This document shows positions 1 to 10,001 of a stretch of 64,000 bases of DNA, piece after piece. The stretch is from Zancudomyces culisetae HAW-14-8 (lineage: Eukaryota > Fungi > Kickxellomycota). Position numbers and translations under genes: made by a program. The notes under the pieces were generated by a model. The model was given only the letters and a program-made list of their open reading frames with translations, had not been told where the DNA came from and did no database searches. The stretch covers positions 434,001-498,000 of the forward strand of contig JBNJNM010000011.1 in the NCBI GenBank assembly GCA_052426225.1, in the 5' to 3' direction. Every line of letters starts with the position of its first letter. Positions within the stretch are counted from its first letter, which is position 1.

Positions 1-14
1 GCACTAGTAGGAAG

Positions 15-3000
15 GTGATGAAGGTACATAAATCTAATGAGGGTCCAGATATGTACGAGGCGTTGATTAAAAAGTTTGACGAGCTTTCACTTAATCTCCT
101 AGCTAGATTAGAAAAGAGACCAAATTACTCTGAAAAGTCTGCTCCACAATCAAGAAGACCGTTCAAGAAAGTGGAATGTACATACTGCAAAAGGCCAGGG
201 CATGAGGCCGCAGCGTGCTACAAGAGGCAGAAGGACCAAAAACAAGAAATTAACTGCATAGAGATAGAAAGAAAAACAGATGGAAACAAAGATACGGAAC
301 TCTATGCAGTGGACAAACGGAAGAGAGACGAAAACAATGGCATAGATTTTCAGCCAGCTCATGCAAAAATCCGTGTGGCACAAAAAGAACCTAACAAGAC
401 GGGGCCAGTAATCAAACCAGCTACCCTAAGAGTTAGGAAGAAAATGGATATTAGACTATCGGAGAACATTCAAAAGTTTTCGATAGGTTCAGAGTTGGAT
501 AAATTAAAACCAGATATTTCACTTGGTCAACTGTTACAGTCTTCACCCGAAATCAGGAAAGAGTTGGTCGATCTCTTTAAGAAGATAGAAGCCAAGGAGC
601 TGAACACCATTGTAGAAGATAGGACAACCACCACAAACTGCAAAGCTTACATTGAAGTATTTGGAAAGCACCAGCTCACAGTTATTGATACAGGTGCAGC
701 ATGTTCAGTAATCTCAGAGCAATTTATGGACATTTTAGGTTTAAAAATTGAGCAAAAAGATCACTCAATGCTCATAACCGCTGATGGCACAAAGCATGAG
801 ACACTGGGAATAATCAGAGATGTTCCATTTGTTATAGCAGGGTTCATCTTCCCAGGAGATTTAGTAGTTATGGAAGGAGGATTAAACCGGATGGTGTTGG
901 GAGCAGATTGGTTACTGAAACACCAGGCCAACATCGATTTGAGCAACATGGAGCTGCTCTTACCAACGGTAGAAGGGGACGTTGTAGTTTCACTGATGAT
1001 AACTGAAACAGATGGTCCAAAACAGACAAACGAGTATGAATACTACTCGATGATCAAGGAAGTCGATAACCGCGAACAGAAAGAAGAACTACCAGAAAAT
1101 ATTGCAGAAGTGCTCAAAGAGTATGCAGAGATATTCGTGGATGACTTGCTAGAACTCCAGCAAACAAATGTGTTGGAACACAGTATTGATACTGGAGATT
1201 CAAACCCAGTAAGAGTGCGACCATACAGAATAGCTCACCACCTAAGGGAACAGGTGAGGGAAGAACTAAAAATTATGGAACAAAGAGGGATCATAGAGCC
1301 ATGTCAATCAGACTGGTGTGCACCGGTAGTTGTAGTCAAAAAGAAAAATGGAAAACTTCGGATCTGTTCTGACTACCGCAAACTCAACATGATTACCAGA
1401 AAAGATCTTTATCCTCTACCCATAATTGACGACATACTGGCAGCATTCGGAGAAGCAGGAGTATTCAGTGTAGTCGATGCCATGAGTGGATTCTGGCAGG
1501 TACGTATGAACAGCGCGGATAAACACAAGACCGCGTTTGCATTACCAGGTGATGGTATGTATTGCTATAATGTAATGCCGTTTGGATTATGCAATAGTCC
1601 GGCAACATTCCAAAAGATGATGGAACGAGTACTGGCAAAAGTACTCTGGAAGTTTGCTATTGTGTTTGTAGATGACATAATCATCTATTCAAAGAACACA
1701 GAAGACCACACTCAACACCTTAGAGAAGTGTTTGAGTTATTGAAGCAACACAAGGTGCAGCTCCACAAAGAAAAATGTGAGTTTGCAAAGACCGAAATCA
1801 AGTATCTGGGATATACGGTCTCTAAACATGGCATTTCTACCAACAAGGATAAAATAGAGGCCATGGAAAAAGTAACCGCACCAAGGAACGTCAAAGAGAT
1901 TCAATCGTTCTTGGGGCTCACAGGTTACTACAGAAAATTTATAGAGGGATACGCATTGATAGTAAAGCCGCTTACAGAGCTATTAAAGAAGGACGTACCC
2001 TGGACTTGGAGCGCAAGTTGTGAAGAGTCGGTTAAAACACTAATTAAAAAACTAACAGAAGCACCGACTCTGGCACACCCAAATTGGGAACAGGCATTTA
2101 TACTCACAACGGATGCATCTGGAATTGGATTGGGGGCAATTCTATCTCAAGTACAAAATGGGGAAGAAAGACCCATAGCATATGCCAGTAGAACAAACAA
2201 CAGGCATGAACAGAACTACTCAATCACACACTTGGAAGGATTGGCAGTAGTTTGGGGAGTCAAAAAGTTTAAGCACTACCTGTGGGGAAAGAGGTTCAAG
2301 ATTCGAACCGACCATATGGCATTGTTAAAAGTTTTTGATTCTCAAGAGTTAAATGGAAGAGTCGCTAGATGGGCCATGTTCCTAAGAGAGTACGACTTTG
2401 AATTGGAGCATTGCCGCGGTCCAAATAATCCTACTGATTATTTATCCAGGAACGTAGAGACCGGAGAAAAGGAAAACAAGATAACAAAGTATGAGGAACT
2501 AATGGTAATCGATGTCTTACATCATAAAGCCATTGAGAACTACCTCAGAGATTTCAGCTACCCGCTACGAGCTGATGAGGAGTTCAGAGCCAAGCTAAGA
2601 AAAAGAGCAAAGCCGTATAAACTAGTAAACGGTAAAGTATGCAAGTACTCTAGGGAATCAGGAATCCGAGAAGTGTTACACAGCGACAATGCTAAGTTAA
2701 TGATAAGAGAAATTCATGAAGAAGGACACGAAGGGATTCTAAACACTCTCAATAGAGTGAAAAATAAATATGTAGGAAGAGGCTTGCGTAAAATTGTAGA
2801 AGAAGTGGTACAAGAATGCGAACGGTGCCAAAAATATGAAGAAGGCGAATTTAGAAGAACGGAAATGCATCCGATAATTGCGCCTGCACCATTCCAAATC
2901 ATGGGTATAGATGTAGTAGGACCCATTAACCCTATATCAAAATCTGGGAATAGATTTATCATCACAGCGATAGACTATTTTACTAGGTGGCCCATTGCGG

Positions 3001-3788
3001 TACCAGTAACAAATTTCCAGTCAGAAACCATTGTAGAATTTCTGTTAAGTAAGGTAGTACAGGAGTTTGGAGTACCAACTCAGTTAATTTCAGACAGAGG
3101 CAGTTCATTTGTATCAGAAATAACCACGGAGTTATACAAGCAGTTGGGAATAAAACACACACCAACCACTGCTTTCAGGCCTCAGACTAACGGACAAGTC
3201 GAGAGATTTCATAGAACATTTAAGAATGTCTTAGCAAAAATATGCGTAATGGACAGAGACAACTGGGATAGTTATATTTGGAAAGCCCTACTGGTTGTTA
3301 GATCAATGAAAAACAGATCTACTGGGTTCAGTCCATCAGAGATGTTATATGGTGTAAAAATGCAAACACCATCAACTTGGATGCCGCCGGCTGAGATTGA
3401 TAACTTAGAGGAAGAGATATTGCAGAGAATGAGAGTCGTGCAGATCAGTATTCCAAAGATGAGAGAAAAAGCTATGGAAAATAACGCAAAGTCAAAGTCA
3501 GTAATGAAGCAGAGATACGACAAAGTGGTAAAGCGTTATCAGTTCAAAGAAGGAGACCTAGTATTAAAAAGAATAAGTGGACCTGGAGGCAAGTTTGACC
3601 CAATCTGGGAAGGTCCTTACGAAATCATCAAGTGTTACACAAAAGGCGTGTATTTGATCAAAGACCCAGACGGAAACATGGATACAGTGAACGGCGATAG
3701 ATTAAAGGCCTACAAGTATTCAGAAAGAATGGTCCCCGAAGTAGTTCCAAGTTCTTTAAGAACTAAAATCAGAAGATACAGGAATTAA
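15..3788 (+). CDS. Gag-Pol polyprotein of E1, 5'-partial (frame is open to the window edge)
   Basis: CCHC knuckle CTYCKRPGHEAAAC; protease VIDTGA; RT DYRKLN, MPFGL, FVDD; RNase H TDAS; integrase HHCC (IHEEGH...CERC), D-D-E (GIDVVG, SDRG, VERF) and GPY/F module (WEGPY). Order PR-RT-RH-IN is Ty3/gypsy. No chromodomain. Confidence 0.96.
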   Translation: MMKVHKSNEGPDMYEALIKKFDELSLNLLARLEKRPNYSEKSAPQSRRPFKKVECTYCKRPGHEAAACYKRQKDQKQEINCIEIERKTDGNKDTELYAVDKRKRDENNGIDFQPAHAKIRVAQKEPNKTGPVIKPATLRVRKKMDIRLSENIQKFSIGSELDKLKPDISLGQLLQSSPEIRKELVDLFKKIEAKELNTIVEDRTTTTNCKAYIEVFGKHQLTVIDTGAACSVISEQFMDILGLKIEQKDHSMLITADGTKHETLGIIRDVPFVIAGFIFPGDLVVMEGGLNRMVLGADWLLKHQANIDLSNMELLLPTVEGDVVVSLMITETDGPKQTNEYEYYSMIKEVDNREQKEELPENIAEVLKEYAEIFVDDLLELQQTNVLEHSIDTGDSNPVRVRPYRIAHHLREQVREELKIMEQRGIIEPCQSDWCAPVVVVKKKNGKLRICSDYRKLNMITRKDLYPLPIIDDILAAFGEAGVFSVVDAMSGFWQVRMNSADKHKTAFALPGDGMYCYNVMPFGLCNSPATFQKMMERVLAKVLWKFAIVFVDDIIIYSKNTEDHTQHLREVFELLKQHKVQLHKEKCEFAKTEIKYLGYTVSKHGISTNKDKIEAMEKVTAPRNVKEIQSFLGLTGYYRKFIEGYALIVKPLTELLKKDVPWTWSASCEESVKTLIKKLTEAPTLAHPNWEQAFILTTDASGIGLGAILSQVQNGEERPIAYASRTNNRHEQNYSITHLEGLAVVWGVKKFKHYLWGKRFKIRTDHMALLKVFDSQELNGRVARWAMFLREYDFELEHCRGPNNPTDYLSRNVETGEKENKITKYEELMVIDVLHHKAIENYLRDFSYPLRADEEFRAKLRKRAKPYKLVNGKVCKYSRESGIREVLHSDNAKLMIREIHEEGHEGILNTLNRVKNKYVGRGLRKIVEEVVQECERCQKYEEGEFRRTEMHPIIAPAPFQIMGIDVVGPINPISKSGNRFIITAIDYFTRWPIAVPVTNFQSETIVEFLLSKVVQEFGVPTQLISDRGSSFVSEITTELYKQLGIKHTPTTAFRPQTNGQVERFHRTFKNVLAKICVMDRDNWDSYIWKALLVVRSMKNRSTGFSPSEMLYGVKMQTPSTWMPPAEIDNLEEEILQRMRVVQISIPKMREKAMENNAKSKSVMKQRYDKVVKRYQFKEGDLVLKRISGPGGKFDPIWEGPYEIIKCYTKGVYLIKDPDGNMDTVNGDRLKAYKYSERMVPEVVPSSLRTKIRRYRN

Positions 3789-3804
3789 TCACGGCGCGAA
3801 AGCT

Positions 3805-3814
3805 GGAGGGGGGA
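3805..3814 (+). other. Polypurine tract of E1
   Basis: GGAGGGGGGA, 3 nt before the LTR-initial TG; E2 shows the same spacing. Confidence 0.85.
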
Positions 3815-3817
3815 CAT

Positions 3818-4414
3818 TGTTGTATGCAAAAGCATCAACTTAAATTTACCGCTTTCATTGCAGCAAAATAGCAGAGAAATCAATTTTGAAAAAATTGTTT
3901 CCTGCGCAATTCAATTTAGAGTACAAAAATTATGACCATGTCATAAATTTTTGTCAATTTTACAGCCAATTTAATAGTACAAATCGATTTATTTTTTAGT
4001 CGAATCGATTTTATACTTTATTAGTGGATTTATTTTTAATCAATTTTATTAGTAAATTATTAGTATAAATTGAAAAATTTGTAAATCCGACCAAAACCAC
4101 ACTAAAAGTAAAAATAAACATATATAGAGAGGCGTAATACTATTTTTTTAGTGTAAGGAAAGGGCCATTTTGGCTATATTTTCCAGGTTTTGGGAGGAAT
4201 TCTTTTAAATAAAATTATATTTACCAAAAATTGTGGAAATTGTCCAGTTGTGTTCTTTCCGAGGGGGTTTTATAGATAGTGGTTAACTGGCTAGAAATGG
4301 TAAATCCTGTGTCAGTAATAACCACCCTTCTAGGGAACCATGATTGATATTAGTGGAAGTTTTTTTGGGAAAATCCTATTGGACTAGTACTAAAAAATGA
4401 AAACGAATTCAACA
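3818..4414 (+). repeat. 3' LTR of E1 (597 bp)
   Basis: Starts TGTTGTAT right after the PPT, ends ATTCAACA (7/8 inverted match), followed by AACA. The 5' LTR is not in the window, so the end is inferred from termini and TSD. Confidence 0.8.
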
Positions 4415-4418
4415 AACA

Positions 4419-4850
4419 TGTTATATAGTGGCCAGATCTACCTCTAGCCATTATATAATAATATCCTCTAACAACTTAAGTAACTTTAATTTTATTAATT
4501 TTTATGTCTATCAATTAATACTAGATTAATATATATTATAGGTTAAAAGTTATTTTCAAGTTTGCCTAGTTTTTTTTATCCTTCTGGATTTTTTCTACAG
4601 CAAACAGTTTATTAAAAATATCATTATTTAGAACGTTATATATAAAAATTTTAAAAATATTATAAAATATTTAAAATAATTGAAATAATAAAAATAATAA
4701 AATCAATAAAAATTGGTCAAAGACAAATTCTATCAGCAATAACATCAATAACATATATAGTATTTAAATTAAAGTTAATTAAACAATATACTTGTTATCA
4801 TTAGAATTGAAAACACCAATTATATAGAAAAACTAAGTTTTTCTATAACA
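4419..4850. mobile_element. Putative solo LTR 'A' (432 bp)
   Basis: Perfect 7-bp terminal inverted repeat TGTTATA...TATAACA. Left flank AACA (4415-4418); right flank becomes AACA once block B and one of its TSD copies are removed (4851-4853 + 5093). No visible similarity to the E1 or E2 LTRs. Confidence 0.72.
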
Positions 4851-4853
4851 AAC

Positions 4854-5088
4854 TGTCGTATAGTGGATAATACGACATTGCTCTGATTGGATAAATTTAT
4901 AGTTTGGTTATTATTTCGATTTCAAAATAATATAAATAGTTTTTGAATATTGAATCTAAAGGGAGGATATGATTTTTCTAACATAAATTATAATAACTTG
5001 AGCTAAATTACTTGTAACAGAGTAGGGTAAAAGTTATATATGTGTGAAATCTATATATAATAATATAAAGTTAAAGTTTTATATATCA
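4854..5088. mobile_element. Putative solo LTR 'B' (235 bp)
   Basis: TG...CA block (TGTCGTAT...ATATATCA) flanked by direct AAAC (4850-4853 and 5089-5092). Its first 13 nt TGTCGTATAGTGG resemble those of LTR A (TGTTATATAGTGG). Confidence 0.62.
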
Positions 5089-5093
5089 AAACA

Positions 5094-5512
5094 TGTTGCA
5101 TAATTAATTATATATTATAAAAAATACGAATTGACAAAGTCAATTCTGATAAATTACTATATTAAAATTAGTGGAAAAATTGGACTCTTTTTTCCCTAAC
5201 AATTTGGGTTTTTTTAATGAGCCAAGAAATTACAAAACAAAAATTGATAACACAAAAAAATTGAGATAACAAAATAGATGGAAAAAAAATAGTTTATATA
5301 TAAATTTTATTTATAGTTTGGAAGAATAACTTTTAGGATAACAACTTTTTAGCAATAAAAAATAAAGAATAATAACCAAAATAATAAGCAAGTCTTAATA
5401 GTTAGTTAGAGTTTCGAACAAAACAAGTAGATAATTAACTTTTCTATTAAATTTTAAACCAACTAAATACGAATAACTACGACTACTAGCAGAAAAGGGT
5501 CGAAAGTTAACA
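5094..5512 (+). repeat. 5' LTR of E2
   Basis: TGTTGCATAATT...GAAAGTTAACA, repeated at 9992-10410. Confidence 0.96.
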
Positions 5513-5513
5513 G

Positions 5514-5534
5514 TGGTGATCCAGCCAGGACTTG
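5514..5534 (+). other. Primer-binding site of E2, probably tRNA-Val
   Basis: TGGTGATCCAGCCAGGACTTG, 1 nt after the LTR. Its reverse complement CAAGTCCTGGCTGGATCA-CCA reads as T-loop end, T-stem, acceptor strand and CCA. The ...GGATCA end resembles fungal tRNA-Val from memory; isotype not verified. Confidence 0.85.
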
Positions 5535-5582
5535 GAGTCCGTTTTATAGCTAAAATATTAAATAAACACCTTTAAATCAAAC

Positions 5583-8500
5583 ATGACACTAGTTGAAAAG
5601 TTTAACTCAGAAATTGACAACCCAGAAGATTGGATTGATTCGTACAGTTTGAGTGCCAGACTCAGAAATTGGTCTGACGAAGATCTAATAAAATATTTAC
5701 CTGCACATCTAGGTAACCGTGAAAAGATTTGGTATATTAGGCAAAAGAGTACATTCACCGATTGGAATTCTGTCGTTTCTTCATTCAATAAAAAGTTCAT
5801 AAATAAAATCAAAGCTCATCAGTCAATCGAGACACTAAAAAGCATTTGTCAGTCAGGTTACAATTCTGTTGACGAATTTGAGTATGCTTTAGAAATAGCT
5901 CTACAAAAATCTGGTATAACAGATGACAAACATAAGGTCAATTGGTTAATCAGTGCATTGAGTCCAAAATATAAAGCAAGAGTCCTAGAATCAAATTATC
6001 AAGAGTGGGATACTATCATAAATGCCATAAATCTGGATATAGATACCCCTAGTTACAATTCTACAGACATCGCAGAGACAAATTCATCTACATCAAAATC
6101 TTACAGACTAACCGGACCTGGCAAACCAATAAAAGAAATGACTGATCAAAAGATTGGTTATGATGAGATGATATCCAAGATGGAAGAATGGAGTATAAAC
6201 TTACTTTCAAAAGTCGAAGAGGTTGTTGAAAAGAAAATTGACATTGCTATAAGTAAAAGTATGCAACAGCGTTATCAAAGGCCACCGTACTGTTCTATCT
6301 GTAGAACAACAGGACACTACAAGAGTCAGTGTACAAAGATTGGAACTACCAAAACAGATGAGGTACAAAGTAAAAAAGAAATCAGCACTATTGAGTTACT
6401 ACCAGTCGATGACACGGATATTGACACTGATGACACGCCAGATAATGATGTTTACTTAGTGCAAAGGCAAAAAGCTAAATCAAATATCAGTAAGCCATAT
6501 ATAAGTGATAATAAACCAGTTAGAAAGATGAAACCTGTTATTATAAAACCTGAGGCAACTATAACAGATAATGTTGTGGACATGGATATGGAAGTTACAC
6601 CTGAAGTCACTATAGTGAATAAAAAACAGAAAACCATCCAGCGCATTATCGAAAACGTCGAGCCATTCAATCTACAATCTGAATTTAACCAGTTTTATCC
6701 AAAGATTAGTCTACCTCAGTTAATAGCCGTTTCTCCTACCATAGCAACAGAGTTTAATAGTCTTTCTAAAAAAATAAAAAAACAAGAAGTAAATGAAATC
6801 AGGATATTACCACAAAAAATCAGCAACTGCCGGGTCATGGTCACGGTATTCAACAAAAACTATTGGGCTGTTGTTGACTCTGGAGCCGCTTGTTCTGTAA
6901 CTACACCAAGCATGGTTGAGCAGTGGGGCATAGAACCAGAGGGTTGGCACAGACAAGTGTTGGTAACAGCTGATGGAACAAAACATCTCACTGAAGGTGT
7001 TATGAACAAAGTACCTATAACTATAGGAAATCACTTACTAGAAGCAGAGCTCATAGTTATGAATCGCAAAGGAAGTACTTTAATTCTCGGCACAGATTGG
7101 TTGTATAGGCACCACGGGATTATAGATCCAAGAAGCAGAGAACTAAAGATACACACACATTCAGAAATATTAGTTATACCAATGAAAATACTTGCAGAAG
7201 ATACGACTTACTGGCCACAAGAAACTGAGCTATATTTTATGGTGAAGAGTGAAAATGGTGTTGAAAGTGATAACAAGCAAATCGAGAATGAAAGGTTTAT
7301 CAAACTACGAGAGCAATATGCTGATATCTTTGTTGAAGACATAGGGGAGCTTACCCAAACTAATCTCACAGAGCATAGTATTGAACTAACAGATCATACA
7401 CCGATCAAGCAGCGCCCATACAGAATTCCCTATCATATGCAAGAAAAGGTTAGAAATGAGTTAATTGAAATGGAGAATAAAGGAATAATTTCACCGTGTT
7501 ATTCAGAGTGGTGTTCGCCAGTCGTAACAGTTTATAAAAAGAATGGCAGGTTAAGGATATGTGCAGATTATAGGAAGCTGAACCAGGTAACCAAAAAGGA
7601 TTGTTATCCGTTACCTACTATAGATGATATATTTATGTCGCTTGCCGGAAGCAAAATATTTACCAGCTTAGACGCGCTATCTGGGTTTTGGCAAATAAGA
7701 ATGGCAGCCAAAGACAGATTAAAAACCGCGTTTGCAATCCCTGGAGGCGGTAGCTACTGCTACAATGTCATGCCGTTTGGGCTGACAAACAGCCCGGCCT
7801 CTTTTCAACGACTTATGGAGAAAGCCCTTTCGCCAGTACTTTGGAAGATCGCAGTCGTTTTTATTGACGACATTATTATTTACTCTCAGTCAGTTGAGCA
7901 GCATGTGGAGGATTTAAAAAAGGTATTTGAGCTACTTAGACAACATAAAATTCAACTGCATAGTGATAAGTGTTTATTAGGAATGAATAAATTGTGTTAC
8001 TTGGGACATACCGTGTCTTCTGAGGGAATTGGTACTACAAATGATAAAATAAAAGCAATTACAGAAGCAAAGGTACCTAATAACGTCAAGGAACTACAAT
8101 CTTTTCTCGGTCTAGTCGGGTATTATCGCAAATTCGTGGACCGTTATGCATTGATTTCCGCGCCTTTAGTCAAACTACTTAGGAAAGAAAACACTTGGAA
8201 ATGGTCTATTGAACAAGAAAATGCAGTTAATTTATTAAAACAAAGCCTTTGTACCGCACCCACATTAGCTCATCCAAATTGGGATTCAGAGTTTATACTT
8301 ACCACTGACGCTTCAATTGAAGGCGTTGGTGCTATACTTTCACAATCTTCGGAACTTGGCGAGAGACCTATTTGTTTTGCTAGTAAAACCACAAACAAGC
8401 ATGAGAGAAATTACTCTATTACCCATCTCGAGGGTTTAGCTGTAATTTGGGGCGTAAAAAAATTCAAACATTACCTGTGGGGACGCCATTTCACTATACG

Positions 8501-10001
8501 TACGGACCATAAAGCTTTACTGAATTTGTTCAATGGAAAAGATATAGCCGGAAGAGTAGCCAGGTGGGCTATGATTCTTCGAAATTATGACTATACAATT
8601 GTCCATTGCAAAGGAAAGTCAAACCCCGCTGATGCCCTATCAAGATTAGAACCTACTACATCGGTTGAGGAAGTTATAGATGTATTTTCTGTAACAAAAA
8701 TATCTAACGAAACTATTTTAGAATATTTACTAAATAATAGGTACCCAGAGCAAAGCGACGAAGTGTCAAAGAAAAAGATTAATTATTTATCTAAAAAATT
8801 CAAGCTTATCAACAACAAATTATTCAAATTATGTAAGGAAGTTTGGAAGGAAGTTTTATTAAGAAATAACATAACTGAAAAGGTTAAAGAGATTCATGAC
8901 GAGTCTCATCAAGGAATCGAGAATACGTGGAGGAGAATCGCAGAGAAGTATACAGGAAACGATTTATTTAAAACTGTTAAAAAAGTAGTAAAAGAATGTC
9001 TAGTATGTCAGAGATATATTGGAAATCGCAATAGGAACAACGAGCTTCAGCCGATATACGTCCACAAACCTTTTGGCATCTTTGGACTAGATGCAGTTGG
9101 CCCTATTAGTCCAGTATCTGCTCAAGGAAACCGTTACATTCTCACGGGCATTGACTATTTTACGCGCTGGCCTGTAGCTGAGGCCGTAGAAAATATAAAA
9201 TCGGATACTATAATTAACTTTATAATAACTCACATAGTTCAGTACTACGGTACCCCCGATCAAATAATCACTGATAGAGGCTCGGGTTTTATCAGCGAAG
9301 CAGCAGACACAGTTTATAAGTACCTCGGAATTAAACATACACCATCCACACCGTATCGCCCGCAGTCAAATGGTCAGGTCGAGCGCCTGAACCAAACCCT
9401 AAAAAATACGTTAGCAAGACAATGCAAAGCAGACAAAAACAATTGGGACTCTTACTTATGGAAGTCGCTACTGGTTATCAGGACAATGAGAAACAGAAGC
9501 ACAGGCATGAGCCCGGCCGAACTACTATACGGAGTAAAGTTAAGTACGCCTGCGTTATGGTCTCCGCCGGCCGAAATCAGCGATTTAGATCTCGCCATCC
9601 AGGAAAGAATTGCAGCCATAAACACCAGTATACCCGAACTACGAAGCATAGGCTATCAAAAAAGTGTCAAAGCAAAGCAAAATATGAAGTTAATATATGA
9701 CCGAAGAGTAAGATTAGTAAATTTCAAAGTTGACGAAATGGTCTTAAAACTGATTGAACACGTTACCGACAAGTTTCAGGAGGTATGGGAAGGTCCATAC
9801 CGAGTGTTGAAAAAACTAAATTTAGGTGCTTACCTGATCGCAGATTCGGATGGAAATCGTGACATTGTGAATGGCGATTCACTGAAAAGTTTTTTCCATA
9901 GTAATCGAATGGTTCCTGAAGTTACTACACAGCTTAGATCGAAGTTGCAGCGTTTTAAAAACCCTGTACGTCCAATTTGGGATGGGGGTTCTGTTGCATA
10001 A
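5583..10001 (+). CDS. Gag-Pol polyprotein of E2 (1472 aa, single ORF)
   Basis: Gag with CSICRTTGHYKSQC knuckle; protease VVDSGA; RT FIDD; RNase H TDAS; integrase HHCC, D-D-E and WEGPY module. The ORF reads through the PPT and stops at TAA inside the 3' LTR. Confidence 0.97.
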   Translation: MTLVEKFNSEIDNPEDWIDSYSLSARLRNWSDEDLIKYLPAHLGNREKIWYIRQKSTFTDWNSVVSSFNKKFINKIKAHQSIETLKSICQSGYNSVDEFEYALEIALQKSGITDDKHKVNWLISALSPKYKARVLESNYQEWDTIINAINLDIDTPSYNSTDIAETNSSTSKSYRLTGPGKPIKEMTDQKIGYDEMISKMEEWSINLLSKVEEVVEKKIDIAISKSMQQRYQRPPYCSICRTTGHYKSQCTKIGTTKTDEVQSKKEISTIELLPVDDTDIDTDDTPDNDVYLVQRQKAKSNISKPYISDNKPVRKMKPVIIKPEATITDNVVDMDMEVTPEVTIVNKKQKTIQRIIENVEPFNLQSEFNQFYPKISLPQLIAVSPTIATEFNSLSKKIKKQEVNEIRILPQKISNCRVMVTVFNKNYWAVVDSGAACSVTTPSMVEQWGIEPEGWHRQVLVTADGTKHLTEGVMNKVPITIGNHLLEAELIVMNRKGSTLILGTDWLYRHHGIIDPRSRELKIHTHSEILVIPMKILAEDTTYWPQETELYFMVKSENGVESDNKQIENERFIKLREQYADIFVEDIGELTQTNLTEHSIELTDHTPIKQRPYRIPYHMQEKVRNELIEMENKGIISPCYSEWCSPVVTVYKKNGRLRICADYRKLNQVTKKDCYPLPTIDDIFMSLAGSKIFTSLDALSGFWQIRMAAKDRLKTAFAIPGGGSYCYNVMPFGLTNSPASFQRLMEKALSPVLWKIAVVFIDDIIIYSQSVEQHVEDLKKVFELLRQHKIQLHSDKCLLGMNKLCYLGHTVSSEGIGTTNDKIKAITEAKVPNNVKELQSFLGLVGYYRKFVDRYALISAPLVKLLRKENTWKWSIEQENAVNLLKQSLCTAPTLAHPNWDSEFILTTDASIEGVGAILSQSSELGERPICFASKTTNKHERNYSITHLEGLAVIWGVKKFKHYLWGRHFTIRTDHKALLNLFNGKDIAGRVARWAMILRNYDYTIVHCKGKSNPADALSRLEPTTSVEEVIDVFSVTKISNETILEYLLNNRYPEQSDEVSKKKINYLSKKFKLINNKLFKLCKEVWKEVLLRNNITEKVKEIHDESHQGIENTWRRIAEKYTGNDLFKTVKKVVKECLVCQRYIGNRNRNNELQPIYVHKPFGIFGLDAVGPISPVSAQGNRYILTGIDYFTRWPVAEAVENIKSDTIINFIITHIVQYYGTPDQIITDRGSGFISEAADTVYKYLGIKHTPSTPYRPQSNGQVERLNQTLKNTLARQCKADKNNWDSYLWKSLLVIRTMRNRSTGMSPAELLYGVKLSTPALWSPPAEISDLDLAIQERIAAINTSIPELRSIGYQKSVKAKQNMKLIYDRRVRLVNFKVDEMVLKLIEHVTDKFQEVWEGPYRVLKKLNLGAYLIADSDGNRDIVNGDSLKSFFHSNRMVPEVTTQLRSKLQRFKNPVRPIWDGGSVA
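9979..9988 (+). other. Polypurine tract of E2
   Basis: GGGATGGGGG, 3 nt before the 3' LTR TG. Confidence 0.8.

Larger units (their letters stand above)
1..4414 (+). mobile_element. Ty3/gypsy LTR retrotransposon 'E1' (5' end outside window)
   Basis: Uninterrupted gag-pol ORF, then polypurine tract GGAGGGGGGA (3805-3814), then a TG...CA block 3818-4414 with terminal inverted repeat TGTTGTAT / ATTCAACA, followed by AACA. Confidence 0.93.

Noticed and set aside
1660-1680. RT active site FVDD/FIDD instead of YxDD in both elements
   Set aside because: FxDD is common in Ty3/gypsy lineages; it is not evidence of inactivity or novelty.
4419-5088. Reading 4419-5088 as one 670-bp solo LTR with a 5-bp AAACA TSD
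   Set aside because: Possible, but the internal TATAACA-AAC-TGTCG junction gives a perfect 7-bp inverted terminus and consistent 4-bp TSDs matching E2, so two blocks fit better. A copy search would settle it.
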